Source: Flectonema sp. DT1601 (Eukaryota). Taken from it: a stretch of DNA of 64,000 nt. The stretch's first letter is position 1. Every line of letters begins with the position of its first letter. Under the pieces are notes generated by a model that made no database searches, was not told the DNA's origin, and saw only the letters and a program-made list of their open reading frames with translations. The stretch covers positions 682,001-746,000 of the forward strand of contig OZ025784.1 in the NCBI GenBank assembly GCA_964019425.1. The letters run 5' to 3'. Both the position numbers and the translations under genes were made by a program. Shown here piece by piece: positions 58,201 through 64,000 of this stretch.

Positions 58201-61200
58201 AGTAAACACATTCTGGGTAAGCTCCGTTGCTTCCCTTCATCATCTCACAGACGTATCCAGCATTGCACTTCATGCTTGCACAGTCACTAGCTGGAGCCTT
58301 GGAGTAAACACATTCTGGGTAAGCTCCGTTGCTTCCCTTCATCATCTCACAGACGTATCCAGCATTGCATTTCATGCTTGCACAGTCACTAGCTGGAGCC
58401 TTGGAGTAAACACATTCTGGGTAAGCTCCGTTGCTGCCCTTCATCATCTCACAGACGTATCCAGCATTGCACTTCATGCTTGCACAGTCACTAGCTGGAG
58501 CCTTGGAGTAAACGCATTCTGGGTAAGCTCCGTTGCTTCCCTTCATCATCTCACAGACGTATCCAGCATTGCACTTCATGCTTGCACAGTCACTAGCTGG
58601 AGCCTTGGAGTAAACACATTCTGGGTAAGCTCCGTTGCTTCCCTTCATCATCTCACAGACGTATCCAGCATTGCATTTCATGCTTGCACAGTCACTAGCT
58701 GGAGCCTTGGAGTAAACACATTCTGGGTAAGCTCCGTTGCTTCCCTTCATCATCTCACAGACGTATCCAGCATTGCATTTCATGCTTGCACAGTCACTAG
58801 CTGGAGCCTTGGAGTAAACGCATTCTGGGTAAGCTCCGTTGCTTCCCTTCATCATCTCACAGACGTATCCAGCATTGCATTTCATGCTTGCACAGTCACT
58901 AGCTGGAGCCTTGGAGTAAACACATTCTGGGTAAGCTCCGTTGCTTCCCTTCATCATCTCACAGACGTATCCAGCATTGCATTTCATGCTTGCACAGTCA
59001 CTAGCTGGAGCCTTGGAGTAAACACATTCTGGGTAAGCTCCGTTGCTTCCCTTCATCATCTCACAGACGTATCCAGCATTGCATTTCATGCTTGCACAGT
59101 CACTAGCTGGAGCCTTGGAGTAAACACATTCTGGGTAAGCTCCGTTGCTGCCCTTCATCATCTCACAGACGTATCCAGCATTGCACTTCATGCTTGCACA
59201 GTCACTAGCTGGAGCCTTGGAGTAAACACATTCTGGGTAAGCTCCGTTGCTTCCCTTCATCATCTCACAGACGTATCCAGCATTGCACTTCATGCTTGCA
59301 CAGTCACTAGCTGGAGCCTTGGAGTAAACGCATTCTGGGTAAGCTCCGTTGCTTCCCTTCATCATCTCACAGACGTATCCAGCATTGCACTTCATGCTTG
59401 CACAGTCACTAGCTGGAGCCTTGGAGTAAACACATTCTGGGTAAGCTCCGTTGCTTCCCTTCATCATCTCACAGACGTATCCAGCATTGCACTTCATGCT
59501 TGCACAGTCACTAGCTGGAGCCTTGGAGTAAACACATTCTGGGTAAGCTCCGTTGCTTCCCTTCATCATCTCACAGACGTATCCAGCATTGCACTTCATG
59601 CTTGCACAGTCACTAGCTGGAGCCTTGGAGTAAACGCATTCTGGGTAAGCTCCGTTGCTTCCCTTCATCATCTCACAGACGTATCCAGCATTGCATTTCA
59701 TGCTTGCACAGTCACTAGCTGGAGCCTTGGAGTAAACACATTCTGGGTAAGCTCCGTTGCTTCCCTTCATCATCTCACAGACGTATCCAGCATTGCACTT
59801 CATGCTTGCACAGTCACTAGCTGGAGCCTTGGAGTAAACACATTCTGGGTAAGCTCCGTTGCTTCCCTTCATCATCTCACAGACGTATCCAGCATTGCAC
59901 TTCATGCTTGCACAGTCACTAGCTGGAGCCTTGGAGTAAACGCATTCTGGGTAAGCTCCGTTGCTTCCCTTCATCATCTCACAGACGTATCCAGCATTGC
60001 ACTTCATGCTTGCACAGTCACTAGCTGGAGCCTTGGAGTAAACACATTCTGGGTAAGCTCCGTTGCTTCCCTTCATCATCTCACAGACGTATCCAGCATT
60101 GCATTTCATGCTTGCACAGTCACTAGCTGGAGCCTTGGAGTAAACACATTCTGGGTAAGCTCCGTTGCTTCCCTTCATCATCTCACAGACGTATCCAGCA
60201 TTGCACTTCATGCTAGCACAGTCACTAGCTGGAGCCTTGGAGTAAACGCATTCTGGGTAAGCTCCGTTGCTGCCCTTCATCATCTCACAGACGTATCCAG
60301 CATTGCATTTCATGCTTGCACAGTCACTAGCTGGAGCCTTGGAGTAAACACATTCTGGGTAAGCTCCGTTGCTTCCCTTCATCATCTCACAGACGTATCC
60401 AGCATTGCATTTCATGCTTGCACAGTCACTAGCTGGAGCCTTGGAGTAAACGCATTCTGGGTAAGCTCCGTTGCTGCCCTTCATCATCTCACAGACGTAT
60501 CCAGCATTGCATTTCATGCTTGCACAGTCACTAGCTGGAGCCTTGGAGTAAACACATTCTGGGTAAGCTCCGTTGCTTCCCTTCATCATCTCACAGACGT
60601 ATCCAGCATTGCACTTCATGCTTGCACAGTCACTAGCTGGAGCCTTGGAGTAAACGCATTCTGGGTAAGCTCCGTTGCTGCCCTTCATCATCTCACAGAC
60701 GTATCCAGCATTGCATTTCATGCTTGCACAGTCACTAGCTGGAGCCTTGGAGTAAACACATTCTGGGTAAGCTCCGTTGCTGCCCTTCATCATCTCACAG
60801 ACGTATCCAGCATTGCACTTCATGCTTGCACAGTCACTAGCTGGAGCCTTGGAGTAAACGCATTCTGGGTAAGCTCCGTTGCTTCCCTTCATCATCTCAC
60901 AGACGTATCCAGCATTGCACTTCATGCTTGCACAGTCACTAGCTGGAGCCTTGGAGTAAACACATTCTGGGTAAGCTCCGTTGCTTCCCTTCATCATCTC
61001 ACAGACGTATCCAGCATTGCACTTCTTGCTTGCACAGTCACTAGCTGGAGCCTTGGAGTAAACACATTCTGGGTAAGCTCCGTTGCTTCCCTTCATCATC
61101 TCACAGACGTATCCAGCATTGCATTTCATGCTTGCACAGTCACTAGCTGGAGCCTTGGAGTAAACACATTCTGGGTAAGCTCCGTTGTTGCCCTTCATCA

Positions 61201-61402
61201 TCTCACAGACGTATCCAGCATTGCATTGCATGCTTGCACAGTCACTAGCTGGAGCCTTGGAGTAAACGCATTCTGGGTAAGCTCCGTTGCTGCCCTTCAT
61301 CATCTCACAGACGTATCCAGCATTGCACTTCATGCTCGCACAATCAGCAGTATGCTGGCAGTGAACCATGGAAGCTACCAGGCATAAGATCAGAATTCTC
61401 AT
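55292..61402 (-). CDS. Cys-rich type I surface protein (2036 aa): signal peptide, ~37-38 FOLN-like 34-aa repeats, further Cys modules, C-terminal TM helix
   Basis: MRILILCLVASMVHC signal peptide. Repeat DCASMKCNAGYVCEMMKGSNGAYPECVYSKAPAS. W..CC...GC modules. TM segment IIYIIVGVVASLCLGGALVAFTIY followed by RK. Confidence 0.9.
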   Translation of the reverse strand: MRILILCLVASMVHCQHTADCASMKCNAGYVCEMMKGSNGAYPECVYSKAPASDCASMQCNAGYVCEMMKGNNGAYPECVYSKAPASDCASMKCNAGYVCEMMKGSNGAYPECVYSKAPASDCASKKCNAGYVCEMMKGSNGAYPECVYSKAPASDCASMKCNAGYVCEMMKGSNGAYPECVYSKAPASDCASMKCNAGYVCEMMKGSNGAYPECVYSKAPASDCASMKCNAGYVCEMMKGSNGAYPECVYSKAPASDCASMKCNAGYVCEMMKGSNGAYPECVYSKAPASDCASMKCNAGYVCEMMKGSNGAYPECVYSKAPASDCASMKCNAGYVCEMMKGSNGAYPECVYSKAPASDCASMKCNAGYVCEMMKGSNGAYPECVYSKAPASDCASMKCNAGYVCEMMKGSNGAYPECVYSKAPASDCASMKCNAGYVCEMMKGSNGAYPECVYSKAPASDCASMKCNAGYVCEMMKGSNGAYPECVYSKAPASDCASMKCNAGYVCEMMKGSNGAYPECVYSKAPASDCASMKCNAGYVCEMMKGSNGAYPECVYSKAPASDCASMKCNAGYVCEMMKGSNGAYPECVYSKAPASDCASMKCNAGYVCEMMKGSNGAYPECVYSKAPASDCASMKCNAGYVCEMMKGSNGAYPECVYSKAPASDCASMKCNAGYVCEMMKGSNGAYPECVYSKAPASDCASMKCNAGYVCEMMKGSNGAYPECVYSKAPASDCASMKCNAGYVCEMMKGSNGAYPECVYSKAPASDCASMKCNAGYVCEMMKGSNGAYPECVYSKAPASDCASMKCNAGYVCEMMKGSNGAYPECVYSKAPASDCASMKCNAGYVCEMMKGSNGAYPECVYSKAPASDCASMKCNAGYVCEMMKGSNGAYPECVYSKAPASDCASMKCNAGYVCEMMKGSNGAYPECVYSKAPASDCASMKCNAGYVCEMMKGSNGAYPECVYSKAPASDCASMKCNAGYVCEMMKGSNGAYPECVYSKAPASDCASMKCNAGYVCEMMKGSNGAYPECVYSKAPASDCASMKCNAGYVCEMMKGSNGAYPECVYSKAPASDCASMKCNAGYVCEMMKGSNGAYPECVYSKAPASDCASMKCNAGYVCEMMKGSNGAYPECVYSKAPASDCASMKCNAGYVCEMMKGSNGAYPECVYSKAPASDCASMKCNAGYVCEMMKGSNGAYPECVYSKAPASDCASMKCNAGYVCEMMKGSNGAYPECVYSKAPASDCASMKCNAGYVCEMMKGSNGAYPECVYSKAPASDCASMKCNAGYVCEMMKGSNGAYPECVAVVSKMNCKNNEDCGEDEFCRSESISSGKCGTEMVCVKRSKEGESCGGFKPSCEYDICLSSLKCITKEDNINLPGSCMKSMLSEDEVCRIDSGRIISMDRSSDCPAGTKCTRDVNSKEYFCVKSNAIRCNPYSCKEGEYCSVEGGNVKCIAPKIDEKCDLKTNNVVLCGAGRTCKKGYSCTGCQQTCKCDVNGKKVCSKDCRPSCEKIEVKSECLAESVSKWNSLGCKTFSCYNSVKSPSLEEMRYCCEKTGRYCKEDEKDQFDCRSDPKGWRFAQRKWCCEEKQVGCPIAMYDCSVDDASMEIVKNAEGLLQTSVVDVTMWDEKKAAYCCEKFQVGCVVDEDAFDCEWSEKTAAAWSEEQSDWCCFVKGVRCPDVAAADVKVNEKCQVMRAERASWDELTRMDCCLSDGVGCATEKFDCFSDSKAMSDWGSDQVEWCCNEENIACSVDCRADAGLLSEEEKMGCCNSKGLHCKEVEDDEVVDSHTEKTSNKRKPFRLSFKGSYSKIMENPKRFLRKLRRTIMRVTKELESSNLMIKYVGSLMKDNIVPAKDVREKWGTSIPSSWNTELFKKELSKNREVKTLGHGVSSTKDQQSVGDSGMFVDFEVTDESAAVLNTAVTESGNGAGLLRDNGDGSTLIMEPVGNGMESLNSPKTSTEDNVVKDSSNDNNNNIIYIIVGVVASLCLGGALVAFTIYRKQQNNETNCDSFLTTMQEMEADNNNDKVTAAVSRI
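57492..61345 (-). repeat. Coding minisatellite, 102-bp unit
   Basis: Roughly 37-38 head-to-tail units that differ mainly at three synonymous sites. Confidence 0.97.
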
Positions 61403-62398
61403 TGTATATAGGTGTTGTAAACTGAATTAAATGATAATTTGGTGATATTTTGTTCAGAAATAATGTTCACAAAAGAACAGTCACAGAAGTAATTATTTGC
61501 TACCGAAACATGCTGCAGCTATGAATAAGAATATAAAAATTAAAAACTTTGATGGGAATTCTTACTTTGGTACAAACATTACAGTCACCCTATAAACTTG
61601 TTCATGAAATAAGCTTCTTTGATTATCATTTATTGACCTGAGAAAAAGAAACAAAGAATCAAAACCAAACGATAACAGTCCCGACAATAAAATAGATCTC
61701 TGAGAATGAATAATATCACAAAAAGAGAGTAGAGTAATGCTACCATGAATTTGAATTGAAATAAACAAATATAAATATTTAAATATTCGACAGCAGAAGA
61801 GGAAAGGGAAATAAAATTACAAAGCCTGTCGGCAATGTTAAGAAATATTATTAAAATTCGAATTTGTTTCCATTCAAATGTGATTCACTGAAAGTTATTG
61901 AGAACGGAGAGCGCGTCAAACAAAGGGGAAACATTCCCAGAAACACTCTTAATGTTCTCAAAGAAGAAAAGAAACGTAATAAATTTACCCGCCAGATGAT
62001 CTTCAGTACAGGAGACTGATATACCACAGGATAAAATACAGAATGAGATGGAAGAAAAAAAAAGAAAAAAAAACGTAACGTTTACAGTACAACAATCCAA
62101 TTTTTACACAACGCTGAAATGCTTTCAACTTGTGAGGAAGAAACCTCGGCAATTAGAACTGGATGGTGAACTGTAAGTTTATTATTGTGAAAGACTATCG
62201 ACATTTTAAAACATCGAAACTTCTTTTCAGTACAAGAAGAAAGTTGAGAGGGAGAAGTTTTCCATCACATACCCGCAATCAAACGGGTTATGAATAAAGT
62301 ACATCTTACACTTCCGAGTAATCCGAAAGCAAGAAAGATACTTTTTTTTTTGTAAAACATAGATTCATGAATCAAAAAGTCAACAACCGATAACTTTA

Positions 62399-64000
62399 TT
62401 AAATCCTGGAAACAGCAGCAGTGACTTTGTCATTGTTATTGTCAGCCTCCATCTCTTGCATAGTAGTTAGGAAGCTATCGCAATTAGTTTCGTTATTTTG
62501 TTGCTTTCGGTAGATGGTGAAGGCAACCAGAGCACCACCTAAGCAAAGGGAAGCAACAACACCAACAATAATGTATATAATGTTATTGTTGTTGTCATTG
62601 CTGCTATCCTTTACCACGTTGTCTTCTGTTGATGTTTTAGGTGAATTGAGAGATTCCATTCCGTTTCCAACAGGTTCCATTATCAAAGTGCTGCCGTCAC
62701 CATTGTCTCTAAGTAGACCAGCACCGTTACCTGACTCAGTTACCGCGGTATTCAATACAGCAGCACTCTCGTCAGTGACTTCGAAATCAACGAACATCCC
62801 GGAATCTCCAACAGACTGCTGGTCCTTGGTTGAGCTGACACCGTGTCCGAGAGTCTTCACTTCCCTGTTTTTACTCAACTCCTTTTTAAACAATTCAGTG
62901 TTCCACGATGAAGGAATAGAAGTACCCCACTTCTCTCTCACATCCTTAGCAGGAACGATGTTGTCTTTCATCAGACTCCCAACGTACTTGATCATCAGAT
63001 TCGATGACTCCAATTCTTTTGTAACTCGCATGATGGTTCTTCTTAACTTTCTTAGAAACCTCTTCGGGTTTTCCATAATCTTTGAATACGATCCCTTGAA
63101 TGACAGACGGAACGGTTTCCTTTTGTTGCTTGTCTTCTCCGTATGGCTGTCCACTACTTCGTCATCCTCAACCTCTTTGCAGTGAAGGCCCTTGGAATTG
63201 CAGCAACCCATCTTCTCCTCCTCACTGAGAAGGCCCGCATCAGCTCGGCAGTCAACTGAACACGCGATGTTCTCTTCGTTGCAACACCACTCAACCTGAT
63301 CGCTTCCCCAATCAGACATTGCTTTCGAATCGCTGAAGCAGTCGAACTTCTCCGTCGCACAACCGACACCATCACTGAGACAACAATCCATTCTCGTCAG
63401 CTCATCCCACGATGCACGTTCTGCACGCATTACTTGGCACTTCTCGTTCACCTTCACATCCGCTGCCGCAACATCCGGACAACGAACTCCCTTCACAAAG
63501 CAGCACCAATCCGATTGTTCTTCACTCCAAGCAGCAGCAGTCTTCTCACTCCACTCGCAATCGAACGCATCCTCGTCAACAACGCATCCGACTTGAAACT
63601 TCTCACAGCAGTACGCAGCCTTCTTCTCGTCCCACATCGTCACGTCCACAACCGAAGTCTGCAACAATCCCTCAGCGTTCTTCACAATCTCCATCGACGC
63701 ATCATCAACACTGCAGTCATACATTGCTATTGGACATCCTACTTGTTTTTCTTCACAGCACCACTTTCTCTGAGCAAATCTCCATCCCTTTGGGTCTGAT
63801 CTGCAGTCAAACTGATCCTTCTCGTCTTCCTTGCAGTACCTACCAGTCTTCTCACAGCAATACCTCATCTCTTCCAGAGAAGGTGATTTCACAGAATTGT
63901 AGCAACTGAAAGTCTTGCATCCCAACGAGTTCCATTTCGACACCGACTCCGCAAGACACTCCGACTTTACTTCAATTTTTTCACACGATGGTCTGCAATC
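62399..64000 (-). CDS. Second tandem copy of the Cys-rich surface protein (3' part; runs off the window)
   Basis: Translation is identical to the C-terminal 514+ aa of 55292-61402. Confidence 0.92.
   Translation of the reverse strand, partial: DCRPSCEKIEVKSECLAESVSKWNSLGCKTFSCYNSVKSPSLEEMRYCCEKTGRYCKEDEKDQFDCRSDPKGWRFAQRKWCCEEKQVGCPIAMYDCSVDDASMEIVKNAEGLLQTSVVDVTMWDEKKAAYCCEKFQVGCVVDEDAFDCEWSEKTAAAWSEEQSDWCCFVKGVRCPDVAAADVKVNEKCQVMRAERASWDELTRMDCCLSDGVGCATEKFDCFSDSKAMSDWGSDQVEWCCNEENIACSVDCRADAGLLSEEEKMGCCNSKGLHCKEVEDDEVVDSHTEKTSNKRKPFRLSFKGSYSKIMENPKRFLRKLRRTIMRVTKELESSNLMIKYVGSLMKDNIVPAKDVREKWGTSIPSSWNTELFKKELSKNREVKTLGHGVSSTKDQQSVGDSGMFVDFEVTDESAAVLNTAVTESGNGAGLLRDNGDGSTLIMEPVGNGMESLNSPKTSTEDNVVKDSSNDNNNNIIYIIVGVVASLCLGGALVAFTIYRKQQNNETNCDSFLTTMQEMEADNNNDKVTAAVSRI

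Larger units (their letters stand above)
54507..64000. repeat. Tandem gene duplication, 7107-bp period
   Basis: 54507 onward matches 61614 onward almost exactly. ORF offsets 55292/62399 and 54778/61885 are both 7107. Confidence 0.95.

Noticed and set aside
57492..61345. CRISPR-like array
   Set aside because: The units are contiguous with no unique spacers, are in frame within a protein, and lie in a eukaryotic context.

Overview
AT-rich eukaryotic genomic window. Every credible protein gene (about 17) lies on the minus strand, and several have GT-AG cis-introns. This directional-cluster layout suggests a euglenozoan, possibly a diplonemid (inference). Recognisable host genes: TLC-domain membrane protein, WD40/coiled-coil protein, SEM1/DSS1, SLC35F/EamA-type transporter, a large multi-exon TmcB-like membrane/PAS protein, a UEV/Vps37-like ESCRT-I protein, CLU (clustered mitochondria), ubiquitin-S27a, a lebercilin-like coiled-coil protein, a DUF4197-like protein, Gemin6-like, and a tandemly duplicated surface protein with about 37-38 near-identical 34-aa Cys repeats. 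The main signal is a retroelement/tRNA association. One intact two-ORF non-LTR retrotransposon (APE-RT-RNaseH-CCHC, with an unusual ~100-aa insertion in the RT) and two broken copies of a related, diverged subfamily each have their 5' end facing an opposite-strand tRNA-Met cassette (two intact, one decayed). The three intact tRNA-Met genes share a conserved 5' flank of up to ~97 bp, and one lies inside a host intron. At least four short dispersed repeat families are also present, including a Helitron2/Helentron-like miniature element. All calls come from reading the sequence; no database searches were run.
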